A DNA stretch of 64,000 nt from Methanosarcinales archaeon. Lineage in GTDB: Archaea > Halobacteriota > Methanosarcinia > Methanosarcinales > Methanosarcinaceae. Both the position numbers and the translations under genes were made by a program. The stretch covers positions 781 to 64,780 of the forward strand of contig JAIRKA010000071.1 in NCBI GenBank assembly GCA_031260345.1. Direction: 5' to 3'. The notes below the pieces were generated by a model. The model was not told where the DNA came from. It made no database searches and saw only the letters and a list, made by a program, of their open reading frames with translations. Positions within the stretch are counted from its first letter, which is position 1. The number at the start of each line of letters is the position of its first letter. This document shows, in pieces, positions 10,884-23,000 of this stretch.

Positions 10884-11549
10884 ATGAGGTTTGAAATGCC
10901 TGGAAATGCAGCTTCTCAAAATAAGTTCCGCAATGAAATCGCGCGCAAACTGCTGCATATGTGCTCATTTTTGATTGTTGTTTTTATTTATTTTGCTGAC
11001 AAAAAAACGGCCTGCATCGTTATCGGCGCGCTGTTGGCGCTGCTTTTCATCGGCAACACAATTCTTCTTTCGTCACGTTTTCGCATTATCAATGATTTCA
11101 AAGTCAAATACTTCTCTTTCCTGCTTCGCGATGATGAAAAATACGGCTATATCAGTTCCAACTGGTTTTTGCTCGGCTGTTTCCTTTCGGTTTTGCTTTT
11201 CCCGAAATATGTCGCGATGCTCGCAATCACAGTTCTGATTTTCGGCGACGCGTTTGCCGCTTTGATCGGCATTCGATTCGGGAAGCATAAATTTAAAAAC
11301 GGGAAGTCGCTGGAAGGAACACTCGGATTTATTGCCGTTTCTTGGCTGTTTTTGGCAGCTTTTGCTTTGCTGCTGCCGAATGCGGGGCTTTCTTTTGCCA
11401 CCGCTTCTTTTATTGCAATCCCGATTGTTGCCGCTGCTGAAGTTTACAGTAAGCAAATTAAAATTGATGACAATTTAGTCATTCCGATTGTTTTCGGCGT
11501 TCTGGCTGTTCTTTTGATGAAAATTTTTGAAAACTTCCATCTTTTTTGA
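10884..11549 (+). CDS. CTP-dependent polyprenol/phytol/dolichol kinase family membrane protein
   Basis: RKLLH, GDAFAALIG..FGKH, KSLEG and DDNL motifs of the SEC59/DGK1/VTE5 family. Confidence 0.85.
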   Translation: MRFEMPGNAASQNKFRNEIARKLLHMCSFLIVVFIYFADKKTACIVIGALLALLFIGNTILLSSRFRIINDFKVKYFSFLLRDDEKYGYISSNWFLLGCFLSVLLFPKYVAMLAITVLIFGDAFAALIGIRFGKHKFKNGKSLEGTLGFIAVSWLFLAAFALLLPNAGLSFATASFIAIPIVAAAEVYSKQIKIDDNLVIPIVFGVLAVLLMKIFENFHLF

Positions 11550-11730
11550 TTTCTAAAAAATAGCGAAATGAAGCGGCAATTTTTCGAACAATTGAATGAA
11601 AAATAGAGCGGTTCACGCGCGGCAGCATCCACAAAAAAATTGCGATAAAAAAAGGCCGAATGAACAAAACGTCCATCCGACCTTTGGGGGTTTTGGGTTA
11701 TTTGGTTTTGGCTAAAAAAACCAAACATAA

Positions 11731-12447
11731 TCATTTTTGTTTCTTTGTCATGAGGAACCAGGAATGGAGTGTCGTTCCTTCGGCCTTTGCCTGACAGCTT
11801 CTTTCTTGCGCGCCGGCGAATGTTTCGGGTGCGCCGATGATGACATCGTCTCCGGGCATCCAGTTGGCGGGCGTGGCAACGCCTTCCTTTTCGTTGAGCT
11901 GAAGCGCCTGAAGAAGTCTTTTGATTTCTGCCATGTTTCTACCTGCAGAAAGCGGGTAGTAGAGAATGGCTTTAACAATGCCGCTTGGGTTGATGATGAA
12001 TACTGCGCGGACTGCCTTCGTGTCGGAGGCGCCGGGCTGGAGCATGCCGTATTTTTTGGCAACATCCATTTTAATGTCAGCAATCACAGGGAATTTGACT
12101 TCAACATTTTCGTGGACTTTGCCTTCACGGTCTGTGTATCTGATGTTGTCGTGAATTTCTTTAAGCCATGCGACGTGGGCGAAGATACTGTCAATTGACA
12201 AGCCGATGAGTTCTGTGTTTAATTTTGTGAATTCATCCTGCATGGATGCGAACGCAATAAATTCGGTTGTACAAACAGGTGTAAAGTCAGCCGGGTGACT
12301 GAAAAGAATGACCCATTTTCCTTTGTAATCCGCCGGAAATTTAACATGTCCGTTGGTGGTTTGTGCTTCAAATTCGGGAGCTTCGTCGCCGATTAAAGGG
12401 AGGGATATGGGTTCTTCATATTCCCAGTCAGAGTATTCGTCTGTCAT
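11731..12447 (-). CDS. Peroxiredoxin (Prx6-type)
   Basis: FSHPADFTPVCTTE, GRNMAEI and TPANW motifs. Confidence 0.92.
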   Translation of the reverse strand: MTDEYSDWEYEEPISLPLIGDEAPEFEAQTTNGHVKFPADYKGKWVILFSHPADFTPVCTTEFIAFASMQDEFTKLNTELIGLSIDSIFAHVAWLKEIHDNIRYTDREGKVHENVEVKFPVIADIKMDVAKKYGMLQPGASDTKAVRAVFIINPSGIVKAILYYPLSAGRNMAEIKRLLQALQLNEKEGVATPANWMPGDDVIIGAPETFAGAQERSCQAKAEGTTLHSWFLMTKKQK

Positions 12448-12790
12448 GTGTATCACTTTATTATCTCTGCTTTTATTAATATTACTTCATAATTCTTCTG
12501 AAACGGGATTCAAATCATTTTTGCGAAATGATGCAAAACTCGGTTTTAATCAGACAACATGTTATTAGGATTTATTATTAATAAGGATTTCTGTCGAACC
12601 AGATATTTTGTATAATTATCATTTATTCAACCAGCCTTTTATTTAACAACCCTTGAATAGAATAAATATGTTTCTATAATTATATTTTTTTACAACCGCG
12701 AGATATAAAAACAAGTTCGGGATGTGTATTTGAAAGCTAGATGCGGGAATCCTTCCCGCCTTTATTTTTAGAAACTGTTTAGAAGCAGAA

Positions 12791-14143
12791 TTAAATTTTA
12801 TTTTCGTGTTTCGCTTTTAATTTTTTATTCAGATTGTCAACCTGCTCAACAGCCGTTCCGATGTATTTGTATGGGTTGACCAAGTTTTCAATCTCCTCAC
12901 CTGTTAAGACAGCGGCCAACTCTTTGTCCGCCAAAAGCGCGTCTCTAAAGTAAATATTTTCTTCAGTGGATTTCATCGCGGCCAAACGAACGATTTCATG
13001 CGCTTCCTGACGACCGACGCCGCGGATTGTGAGCTCTATCATAACGGCTTCGGCCATGTTCAAGCCGTTGAGAAGATGTAAGTTTCTGTCAATGTTGGCT
13101 TGATTGAATCTCAGATTTTCCAAAACATTGATTCCGAGATTCAGAATGTGATCCGTTAAAATACAGCTTTCGGGGAAAACAATTCTCTCCGAGGATGAAT
13201 TTGTCAAATCGCGCTCGTCCCATATGGTATTGTTCAAAAGTTCCGTTTCGATGAAGCCTCTGACGATGCGCGCAAGGCCGCAAATCTGTTCGGACTTGAT
13301 CGGATTTCTTTTATGCGGCATCGTGGAAGAGCCGACCTGCTTTTTGCCGATTCCCTCTTCAAGTTCGCCGATTTCGCTGCGCTGCAAGGTGCGGACCATC
13401 GTTCCGATTTTATCAAGTGTCGTTGCGACACCGCCCATCCACATGACGAATTCTGCGTGGCGGTCTCTTTGAATCAGTTGGTTGGAAACGTCAACGGAGC
13501 CGATTCCCAAGTATTCCATTGTTCGCTTTTGGATTTCAATGCCGTTTTTGCCGAAAGAGGCTTGCGTGCCGACAGCGCCGGTCATCTGCCCGACCAAAAG
13601 ACGCGGCTTGAGCTCATTTAAGCGGTCAATGTGGCGGTCCATTTCAGCTGCCCAGATAGCAAAGCGAAGCCCGTAAGTTGTCGGAACGCCGATTTGGCCG
13701 TGCGTTCTGCCGCAGCAAACCGTATTCTTATATTCATCAGAGAGTTTAACCAAAATAGAAAGCAAGCGGTAGAGTTTTTCTTCCATCAAGGTAACGGCGT
13801 CTCTGAATTGAAGTGTCGTCGCCGTGTCTAAAATGTCATTTGAAGCGGCGCCGAAGTGAACCCATTTGCCGGCATCGCCTTCACACTGCTCAGAAATTGC
13901 AAGAACGACTGCCATCATTTCATGATTGATTTCGCTTTCGATTTCATCCACACGTTCCCGGTTAACGCGCGGAAGCACTTTTTCAATTTCGATTGCCGCT
14001 CTTCTCGGAATCACGCCGATGTCGGCTTCGGCTTTGGCAAGCGCGATTTCGATTTCGACAAGACGTTTGAGTCTTCTCTCCTGAGACCAAACTTCTCTCA
14101 TCTCAGGGGTGCCGTAACGGAATTCAATCGGATGAATAGGCAT
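12791..14143 (-). CDS. purB: Adenylosuccinate lyase
   Basis: GRTHGQ and GSSTMPHKRNP signatures; archaeal-type MPIHPIEFRYG start. Confidence 0.96.
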   Translation of the reverse strand: MPIHPIEFRYGTPEMREVWSQERRLKRLVEIEIALAKAEADIGVIPRRAAIEIEKVLPRVNRERVDEIESEINHEMMAVVLAISEQCEGDAGKWVHFGAASNDILDTATTLQFRDAVTLMEEKLYRLLSILVKLSDEYKNTVCCGRTHGQIGVPTTYGLRFAIWAAEMDRHIDRLNELKPRLLVGQMTGAVGTQASFGKNGIEIQKRTMEYLGIGSVDVSNQLIQRDRHAEFVMWMGGVATTLDKIGTMVRTLQRSEIGELEEGIGKKQVGSSTMPHKRNPIKSEQICGLARIVRGFIETELLNNTIWDERDLTNSSSERIVFPESCILTDHILNLGINVLENLRFNQANIDRNLHLLNGLNMAEAVMIELTIRGVGRQEAHEIVRLAAMKSTEENIYFRDALLADKELAAVLTGEEIENLVNPYKYIGTAVEQVDNLNKKLKAKHENKI

Positions 14144-14635
14144 TTCTTTTGCTCCGCAATTTAAGATAAATATGAAGTTGTAATTTGAATTGATTTTATA
14201 GGTCTATCGGATTTTGATGTATAATATGTTATAGATTACTTTGGATTTCTGATAATTAATGAACAGAAAAGAAGTAGATGTACGCAGAAAAAGGGCTCCT
14301 CTTCGAACGAGCTTTTTGAAGCTGCCGCCGCGCGCGAGCCGTACAGTTTTTCAATTGATTTTTAGAAACAGACGGGCGTTTTCATTTATTTTTATTTTTG
14401 TTTCTGTCTCTGTTTAGGAAATTTAATCTTTGATTTCCGTCCATTGGTCGGAAATTTTTCGATTCTGATTTTCCTTTCTTCGAAAGGAAAAAAAAGGAAA
14501 ACTCTTATATCTATTAAGTGAGAGTTATCATTCCTTTGAAACAAGTTAATTGATATTTTATGAACACGTATAATCGGTTCAGTCTATGTTTTAACTTTTA
14601 TTCATAATTTTACAATTATTATAAGGTGAATTATT

Positions 14636-14785
14636 ATGGGAAAATTTCCGGAAGCTGACGAACGCTTATTAAAGAAGAAGATTTGTATGAAATGTAATGT
14701 GCGCAACTCTATTCGCGCAACCCGCTGCAGAAAATGCAACTACCCGCACCTCAGATTGAAGGCGAAGGACAAGAACGGAGGCTGA
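14636..14785 (+). CDS. rpl40e: 50S ribosomal protein eL40 (L40e)
   Basis: 49 aa, below the ORF-track cut-off: [49 protein letters not shown] (two CxxC); AAGGTGA ribosome-binding site upstream. Confidence 0.95.
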   Translation: MGKFPEADERLLKKKICMKCNVRNSIRATRCRKCNYPHLRLKAKDKNGG

Positions 14786-14792
14786 TTCCGTC

Positions 14793-15548
14793 ATGACGGT
14801 GGAAGAGTACCTCTCGGAAGTCATTCAAAAAGAAGGCGTCGCTCATATCACTTTAATCGACCCCGCCTCTCAGAAACCCGAGGAAGCGGTGCGCTTGGCA
14901 GTCGAAGCTGTTGCCGGCGGAACAAATGCGATTATGCTCGGCGGCTCAACCGATGCCGGCGGACAGATTTTGGATATCACCGCAAAAATGATCAAAGAGA
15001 AAGTCTCGGTCCCCATCATTCTTTTCCCGGGCAGCACGTCCGGATTCACAATGCAGGCAGATTGCGTTTTGTTCATGAGTCTTTTGAACTCCCGCGACCC
15101 GCACTACATCGTCGGCAATCAAATGCTCGGCGCTTTGACGCTTTACAAAACAGGAATGGAATCCATCCCGATGGCCTATTTGGTTTGCGAGCCCGGCGGA
15201 ACAGTCGGCTGGGTCGGAGACGCCAAGCTTCTTCCCCGCGCCAAACCCGAACTTGCAGCCGCCTACGCTTTGACCGGCAAATACTACGGCATGCGCTACA
15301 CTTACCTTGAAGCAGGCTCCGGCGCAGACTCACCGCTTCCGCCTGAAATGATCGGAACAGTTAAACATGTCTTAAAAGACAGCGTTTTAATTGTCGGCGG
15401 CGGTATCCGCGATGGGAAAGCAGCAGCAATCTGCGCCAAAGCAGGCGCCGATATTATCGTAACGGGAACGGCAATTGAAAAAGCCGATGACGTCAAAACA
15501 TTGACGGCTGAAATCGTTATGGGCGCAAAAATGGGCAAAAAAGCTTAA
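14793..15548 (+). CDS. Geranylgeranylglyceryl phosphate synthase
   Basis: HITLIDP, MLGGST, FMSLLNS, YLEAGSGA and VGGGIR motifs; follows rpl40e as in other archaea. Confidence 0.93.
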   Translation: MTVEEYLSEVIQKEGVAHITLIDPASQKPEEAVRLAVEAVAGGTNAIMLGGSTDAGGQILDITAKMIKEKVSVPIILFPGSTSGFTMQADCVLFMSLLNSRDPHYIVGNQMLGALTLYKTGMESIPMAYLVCEPGGTVGWVGDAKLLPRAKPELAAAYALTGKYYGMRYTYLEAGSGADSPLPPEMIGTVKHVLKDSVLIVGGGIRDGKAAAICAKAGADIIVTGTAIEKADDVKTLTAEIVMGAKMGKKA

Positions 15549-15682
15549 AATTTAAAGCTTATATTTTTAAAGCTTCATTTTCCCAAAAAATAAGAAATAT
15601 AATTTATCGCCGCAGGCCGCGGCTTTCTTTTTATTTAATTCCTTTTTCAAATTTGATTGTTCCTTTTTCGGAGGCTAAGAGT

Positions 15683-17485
15683 GTGCTGAAAGTTTCTCAT
15701 CTTGTTAAAGAATATACAACGGCTCACGGAAAAAAACGTGTTCTGGATGACTTGTCCTTTGAAATATCCAAAGCGGAGATCGTCGGCATTACCGGAAAAA
15801 GCGGTTCCGGAAAAACAACGCTTCTTAAAATTCTGCGCGGCGTCGAATCTTTTGACGCGGGCGAGATTGAAATCGACGGTGAAAAGATTCATCCCGACTC
15901 AGGCAAAGCCGGCGAAAAGATTCTCAGACAAGCAACCGCGATTCACCTTCAGCGCAATTTCGGCCTTTGGAGCGGCCCTGCTATTGAAAACATCATTCGT
16001 CGCCTGAATTTCCATTTGGTCGGAACTGAAAGCTTGCCGCTTCCCGATCATTACACTTATCAGGATCTTTATGATGAGGCGCTTGATATTTTAAAAATGG
16101 TTCATTTGGATAGTAAAGCGCTTCATTCCACCGATCAGCTCAGCGGCGGCGAGAAGCAGCGCCTTGTTTTAGCCCGCCAGATTGCGGCCCGCCCGAAATT
16201 TATGCTGCTGGATGAACCCGTGACGATGACCGGTCCCGACACAAAGCAGGAAATTTTGGATGTCATTTTGGAGCTGAAAGAGAAACTCGGCATTCCGATC
16301 CTGGTCGTCTCCCACCTCCCCGAAATTCACGCTTATATTGCCGACCGCGTCATGCTTCTTGAGAACGGCAAAATCGCAATGGAGGGCGATCCCGTTACCG
16401 TTCTCAAATCTTTCCTCAAAGAGATGAAACCGCAGGAATCTCTTCTTGAAGTTGCAGTACTTAAGCCCTGCATCCGCGCGAAAAACGTTTCCAGGCGCTA
16501 CAGCCTAATCCGCGTCGGTGAAGTCCTCAACATTCAGAATTTGAATTTTGACATTTATGAAAAACAAATCACGACTTTTATCGGAAGCTCCGGCGCAGGC
16601 AAAACAACCGTGATGAAACTGCTTGAAGGAATGGTTCCGCCGACTTCAGGCAATATTGAAATTTTATACCGTGCGCATGAGAGCGGCGCCAAAATCAATG
16701 AGGAAGCCAACGAAGAAGGCGATGAAAGAAGCGGCGAAGGAGACGCCGATGTCGGCAAATGGATTAACATCGGCGCTTACAATGAAAACCGCATTTACCT
16801 GCGCAGTGTCATGAGCATCATGAATCAGGAGTTTTCAATGTCCGTTAACTCTACCGTCCGCGACCAAATTCGTTTCCGCCTCAGCATGAAAACGAGATAC
16901 GCCGTTGATGTCGCAAAAGAACGCGCCGCAGAATTCGGAATTCCGCCGCAGGTGCTGGACATTATTTATCGTCTGCCGGACATGACAACAGACGAAAAAG
17001 ATACGGTTATGGGCGAACTCGGAATCCCCGATGACATTTTCTCTCAACTCTTCCCGATGTTTCCGTCTTCAGATGTCAATGAATACGCAGCGCCGATTTT
17101 CAAAGCACTTGATTTGCCGCTTGAAATTTTGGACCAAAAGCCCGATCAGATCAGCGGCGGCGAACACGTTCGCGCATTTATCGCGCTCAGCTTGGTCACA
17201 TCACCCGATTACTTATTCTTGGACGAGCCGTTCGGTGATTTGGATCCGGTAACGCTTCGAGATGTCACAAATGCGCTTAAGCGCATCAATAAGGAATTCG
17301 GAACCACGATTGTTATGGTCAGCCATCATATGGATTTTGTAAAAGAAGCGTCACACAGAGCGATTTGGATTGACAAAGGCGCGATTGTGATGGACGGTGA
17401 CCCAAAGACGGTTTGCGCCGATTTCGTTCAAAAGAGCAATGCCAAATATTTGGATTTTGATATTAAAAAATTGATGCAGGAATAA
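15683..17485 (+). CDS. Double-ABC ATPase, methyl-CoM reductase component A2 (AtwA)-like paralog
   Basis: Two Walker A (GKSGSGKT, GSSGAGKT) and two SGGE/DEP motifs, no TM segments; GTG start after GGAGG. Confidence 0.75.
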   Translation: MLKVSHLVKEYTTAHGKKRVLDDLSFEISKAEIVGITGKSGSGKTTLLKILRGVESFDAGEIEIDGEKIHPDSGKAGEKILRQATAIHLQRNFGLWSGPAIENIIRRLNFHLVGTESLPLPDHYTYQDLYDEALDILKMVHLDSKALHSTDQLSGGEKQRLVLARQIAARPKFMLLDEPVTMTGPDTKQEILDVILELKEKLGIPILVVSHLPEIHAYIADRVMLLENGKIAMEGDPVTVLKSFLKEMKPQESLLEVAVLKPCIRAKNVSRRYSLIRVGEVLNIQNLNFDIYEKQITTFIGSSGAGKTTVMKLLEGMVPPTSGNIEILYRAHESGAKINEEANEEGDERSGEGDADVGKWINIGAYNENRIYLRSVMSIMNQEFSMSVNSTVRDQIRFRLSMKTRYAVDVAKERAAEFGIPPQVLDIIYRLPDMTTDEKDTVMGELGIPDDIFSQLFPMFPSSDVNEYAAPIFKALDLPLEILDQKPDQISGGEHVRAFIALSLVTSPDYLFLDEPFGDLDPVTLRDVTNALKRINKEFGTTIVMVSHHMDFVKEASHRAIWIDKGAIVMDGDPKTVCADFVQKSNAKYLDFDIKKLMQE

Positions 17486-17608
17486 GTTTTCTGTTTCCGC
17501 ATTTTATACTTTTTTGAGTCATCGTTTTTTGAGTCATTGTTTTCATCTTTTGTTTTTTATATTAAATTATTTATATTAGAAGTGACATATAACTCCAGAG
17601 GTATGATT

Positions 17609-19750
17609 ATGTTTTCTCATAGAAAATGCACTTGGATTATGTTATTGACCCTATTACTTTTGGGTTTGTGCGGTACCGCCGCAGCGGCGGATCCGGTTTA
17701 CGTCAATGAAGAATTGTTTATTCATATCGGCCGTGGTTCCTTAGGTCTTCCTGATGCTTATGGAACGCCTGCGGATTGGACTCTCGGTGCAGAGTATGTA
17801 TTGATTGAAAATGTCAGCATGTCACAGCTGCATTTAGTCGGTTTTGCTCCAATCGGCGACAGTTTGACTCCTTTTACAGGAAAATTTAACGGTCAAAATC
17901 ACACGATTTCAAATTTGAATCTCGTTTCAGCAGCCGGTTATACAGGTTTGTTCGGCTGTACCGACAGCGCAGAAATCAAAAATGTCATTTTGGACAATGT
18001 GACGATTTCCACCTCGGACTCTTATGCCGGATCTTTAACCGGTCAAACCGATAATACAATTGTTGAAAACTGCCATGTTTATGGAAAGTTAACAGCTGTA
18101 ATAACGGGAGATGAATCTTACGAAGAGTTACGTTATATCGGCGGTTTTGTCGGTGAAGGTTTGAATTCAACATTTTCTGACTGTTCCGCTTCAATTGATA
18201 TAACGGGTACAACAGCAGGAGGGACGGGGCGTGTAGACTTTTACCGGTTCGGCGGCTTTTCCGGTGACAGCCGCGGGTCATCTTATATTGATTGCCATGC
18301 TTCAGGCAATATAACACTTACAGCAGCAGGCTTTGACATTTTCTCTCTTTCGAATGCCGGCGGCTTTTCCGGTTCCGTTTATGACTCAACCTTTTCTAAT
18401 TGCTCTTCTTCAGGTGACATAACAGGAGGGTTTGATGGAAGGGATGTGAGGTTCATCACATCCAGCGGTTTTACCGGTTACGCTTATGGCTCAACCTTTT
18501 CCAATTGTTCTTCTTTGGGAAATATAATTGTAGCAGGTGCAGAAGATTCAGTCACTTCTCTTTACTTCTCTATGAACGGCGGTTTTGCCGGTGAAAGCTC
18601 TAGGTCAACCTATATTGACTGTTTCGCTTTAGGGGATATGAAAAGTACAATTGCAGGAAGAGTAACTGTCGAGTCATCTGACAACGGTGGTTTTATCGGA
18701 GCTTCTATTGCAGACAATATTAACAAATGTTTTGCGGCAGGCGATATAGAAATTACGGACGGAGGGCAGAATCTGCCTTCCGGCAGACAGGCTAGCGGCG
18801 GCTTTATCGGCGCCCTTTTTAATTCCAATGTTTCTAATTGTTATGCTACGGGGAATGTAACAGGCGTAGCTGCAGCCGGAGGGTTTGCAGGCTTTATATC
18901 GTATACAAATGATTATGGGCTAATGACAGCTTCTATAACAAATTGTTATGCTGTCGGCAATGTTTCCGGCAGAGGGGCAAATGTCGGGGGGTTTGCAGGC
19001 AATATGTATACATTCAATTATGATAAGGAAGCTGCCATTTCTTATTCATTCTACAGGGAAGACAACGGCGGCGGCAACAACGGCTACGCTGTTCCCAAAT
19101 GTTCTGAAGATTTGATGAAGATTGAAACTTTCAAAAATGCTCCCAAAAATCAGAACGATCCAACGATATCCGCCTGGGATATTTTATCCGTACCGCCCGA
19201 AGAACCAAGCATTTGGTACATATTAGTCGGGCAAGAGTATCCGAGATTCAATTGGGACTCTTATTCGATTACCTATGACGGCAACGGGAATACGGTAGGA
19301 AGCGCCCCCGTTTCTCCCAGGTCTTATGCATTGAATGAAGAAGCTGTCATTCTTGGCCGCGGCAGTTTGGAGAAAACCGGTCATACTTTTATCGGTTGGA
19401 AGACGGATGGCGTGACTCCCGAAGAAGAATATCAACCGGGAGATGCTCGAACAATGATCTCCGATATCGTTTTGTTTGCTCAGTGGAAACTCAATGAAAC
19501 ATCACCAGGCAGTGGCGGCGGCAATAGAACAGGAAACGCAACAGTCGTTCCGCCCGGCGGCAATAATTCAATCGACAGAGGAAATGTAACAAACCAGCCC
19601 GATCCGGATGGTGGAGATGAAACAAGGCTGTCGCCGATTCCCGAATTTCTTGATTCGGAAAGCATAACCGTTATTCTCTTTTTCGCGATTGCAATTGCTG
19701 TTTTCTGCTACAGAAGGTATGAGGAAGCAAAAGAAGAAAAACATCAATGA
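17609..19750 (+). CDS. GLUG-motif surface protein with one InlB-B-like repeat and C-terminal TM anchor
   Basis: Signal peptide (LLGLCGTAAA), FTGKFNGQNHTISNL, many GGF.G/C.A.G repeats, ITYDGNG...FIGW...LFAQW domain, C-terminal FFAIAIAVFCYRR. Confidence 0.85.
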   Translation: MFSHRKCTWIMLLTLLLLGLCGTAAAADPVYVNEELFIHIGRGSLGLPDAYGTPADWTLGAEYVLIENVSMSQLHLVGFAPIGDSLTPFTGKFNGQNHTISNLNLVSAAGYTGLFGCTDSAEIKNVILDNVTISTSDSYAGSLTGQTDNTIVENCHVYGKLTAVITGDESYEELRYIGGFVGEGLNSTFSDCSASIDITGTTAGGTGRVDFYRFGGFSGDSRGSSYIDCHASGNITLTAAGFDIFSLSNAGGFSGSVYDSTFSNCSSSGDITGGFDGRDVRFITSSGFTGYAYGSTFSNCSSLGNIIVAGAEDSVTSLYFSMNGGFAGESSRSTYIDCFALGDMKSTIAGRVTVESSDNGGFIGASIADNINKCFAAGDIEITDGGQNLPSGRQASGGFIGALFNSNVSNCYATGNVTGVAAAGGFAGFISYTNDYGLMTASITNCYAVGNVSGRGANVGGFAGNMYTFNYDKEAAISYSFYREDNGGGNNGYAVPKCSEDLMKIETFKNAPKNQNDPTISAWDILSVPPEEPSIWYILVGQEYPRFNWDSYSITYDGNGNTVGSAPVSPRSYALNEEAVILGRGSLEKTGHTFIGWKTDGVTPEEEYQPGDARTMISDIVLFAQWKLNETSPGSGGGNRTGNATVVPPGGNNSIDRGNVTNQPDPDGGDETRLSPIPEFLDSESITVILFFAIAIAVFCYRRYEEAKEEKHQ

Positions 19751-20086
19751 AATAATCGCTGACGCCATCATGGCATAAATTGACAAATGGATGCAGAGTT
19801 TCTTTCCTGCATCTTTTTGTTTTTGTTTGTTTTGTTTTTATTTTTCAAAACCTACTTCTTTTGAAAAAATGTTTATCTCTTTTGAAAAATGGTTTTGAAT
19901 CATTTTAGATGTCATTGGATATTAATAATATCGTCACCAAGGGAAGGTTTAAAATTATTTTCAACTTTAAAATGCTTTTTTAAAACATAAATTATATAAA
20001 TTAATAATGTAATTATAACTTCATTTATATTTTATTTATATTCTATTAGTCTCTTTAAGTTTTATCTTATTGTGAGATGCTATATT

Positions 20087-23000
20087 ATGTCGAAAAATTA
20101 TTTCTTGATCTTACTTTCCATGGTTCTTCTTTTGGGACTGTGCGGCGCTGCGGCAGCAGATTCAGTAACAGAATCTGCATCAACAAATGTTTTCTTTGAT
20201 TTATATGATTCTATCAAAAAACGGTTATCTGATTTAGTTCCCGATCGTTTTACCCCTGAGCCCGCATTGTCTCGTTTTGCTCCTGTGTACGGTGATACGA
20301 TTTATGTCAATGGGGAATTGTTTGTTCATATCGGCGATGGAGGTCAAAGGGGAGATGCTTACGGGACACTTGTGACGTGGTCTTTAGATGCACAATATAT
20401 TCTTATCGAAGATGTTGATTTGGCTCTTTACGCTTTTGCTCCAATCGGCCAGCCCGATCGGTTTATTGGTCCGGGGGAGACAGATATAAATGGTGTTCAG
20501 AAAAAGCCCGATGGTGGGTTTACCGGAACTTTTGACGGTCAAAATCATACGATTTCAAATTTGACGATTAATTATAACATGCATTATCTGGGTTTATTCA
20601 GATATATTGACAATGCGACTATTCAAAATGTCATTTTGGAGGGTGTTTTAATTAATGCCCCCAGTTCCATGTATGTCGGCTCTTTAATCGGGTTGAGCGT
20701 CGGCGAATATACGCTTGTTGAAAATTGCCATGTTTCGGGTACAGTGGCCGGACGGTATTATCTTGGCGGTTTTGTCGGCTCTGTTTGGGATTTTGGCACA
20801 GTCCAATCATCAAGTTCTTCTGTTAATGTTTCCGGCCAAGAGCCCGGCGGTTTTGTCGGATATAGTTACGGAGGCTCTTTTGAGGATTGTTTTGCAACCG
20901 GAAATGCTATCGGCACTTCCAGTTTTTCTAATTCCGGCGGTTTTGCTGCAATTACGGATGGAATTATCGCTGTGAATTGCAGCGCCTCCGGAAATGTCAG
21001 AGGGCTCGATGCCGCAGGCGGTTTCATTGGTTACATATACAACACGGAAGGGTTTGAGATATCCTTTGTTGACTGCAGTGCAACGGGAAATGTTGAAGGA
21101 TCTGAATCAGTCGGCGGCTTTGTCGGATATTTTATACACTACGAAGGACTCGATGTTGTTATTACATCTTCTTCCGCTTCCGGAAATGTTAACGGGTCTC
21201 GATACATTGGCGGTTTCATTGGGGTTATTGAGAATATTAATGGATATAATGTTGTTTTTGAAGACTGCGTTGCAGAAGGCAATGTGAACGGATCGTCATA
21301 CGTCGGCGGCTTCATTGGGTATTACACAAACAATGGTGAAGACTCGGGAATTTCTTTTGACGCTTGTTCTGCGTCCGGTAATGTTAACGGCAGTGATAGT
21401 GTCGGCGGTTTTATCGGGCTTCTTTACGACCCGAGCATAAATTCGAGTATCTTTTTTAATGAATGCATTGCAGCAGGCACTGTGAACGGATCGCTTTATG
21501 TCGGCGGTTTCATTGGGCGTTACTTAAATGATGCCGAAGATTCTAATGTTTTCTTTAATACGTGTTCTGCCTCCGGAAATGTTACCGGATATAGGTCAGT
21601 CGGCGGTTTTTTGGGTTCTTTTGAAGGTCAAAACTCGGGTGAAAGCTGTACGATTGTTTTTGATTCCTGTTCCGCTTCAGGAATGATTCAAGGAGACCAA
21701 TACATCGGCGGTTTTGTCGGATACTTCGACAACCCCGGCGAAAATTTTAATATCATTTTTGAAAAGTGTGCCGCAACCGGTGGCGTGGATGGTACTTACG
21801 ATGTCGGCGGTTTTGCCGGCAACTCAACTTTTGGTATTTTCAGTACCTGTTCTGCAGCCGGCGCAGTGACCGGATTTGGACCGCTTGGCGGTTTTATAGG
21901 TTATTCATTCAGCAGCCAATTCTTTAATTGTTCTGCAATCGGCGATGTGACAGCAAGCGTTGACATCTATGAAGATATGACATTCAGCACCGGCGGTTTT
22001 GTTGGAATCAGCGGATACAGCGTTTTTGAGAAGTGTACGGCAGACGGCAATGTGATTGGATACAGCATGATCGGCGGTTTTGCGGGTCAATCAACCCATG
22101 ATGAAATGACAGTCTGTTTTGCTTCCGGAAATGTTGGTCTTAATAGCTTTATCATTGAATCGCAAGAATATATTTCACACAGCGGCGGTTTTGCCGGAAG
22201 TTTTTCCAATACAGTTGTTTCAATTTGCTCCGCAACGGGTGATGTGACCGGCGTTCTTAATGTCGGCGGTTTTGCCGGTTCAATCTATTCGGATGATTCC
22301 GGCATTTTTATCACAGAGGCTTGGATAACAAATTGCTATGCGACAGGCAATGTGACCGGCGTGGATTTTGTCGGCGGATTTGTCGGAAGTATTGAGGGCG
22401 ATGTGAGTGTCGGTCCTTTTGTAAAATATACTTATGCAGCAGGTGATGTGACCGGTACCGGCTCTGATGTCGGCTGTTTTGCCGGTGTCACAATGGCCGG
22501 AGCGGGAGATTCAATCATTGAATACAGTTTTTATAAAGAAGGAAACGGCGGCGTGAACAACGGCTATGCAATGCCGATGCCCAATGATGATTTAATGAAG
22601 GTTAATACATTTTTAAACGCTCCTAAAAATCAGACGAATGGAACAATTTCCGCTTGGGATATTACAAACAGCCCCAACAGCACTCATATTTGGTATGTTC
22701 ACGAAAATGAAGACTATCCCAGATTCGTTTTGACATATGGTTTCTTTTTTGTCACTTACGATGGCAATAATGCCGACAGCGGAACAGCTCCGATTGATTC
22801 CAATGAATACCTGTATGGCGATATTGCAACAGTGCTTGGCAACACTAACCTTGTAAAAAACGGCTTCACTTTCGACGGCTGGGAGTATAACGGCGATACC
22901 TACAGAGCCGGAAACGTCGTGATCATGTTTGAAAACGTTACAATGAGAGCGATTTGGGCACCACCCGGAGGCGGAGGAGGAGGAAACGGAACAGGCAACG

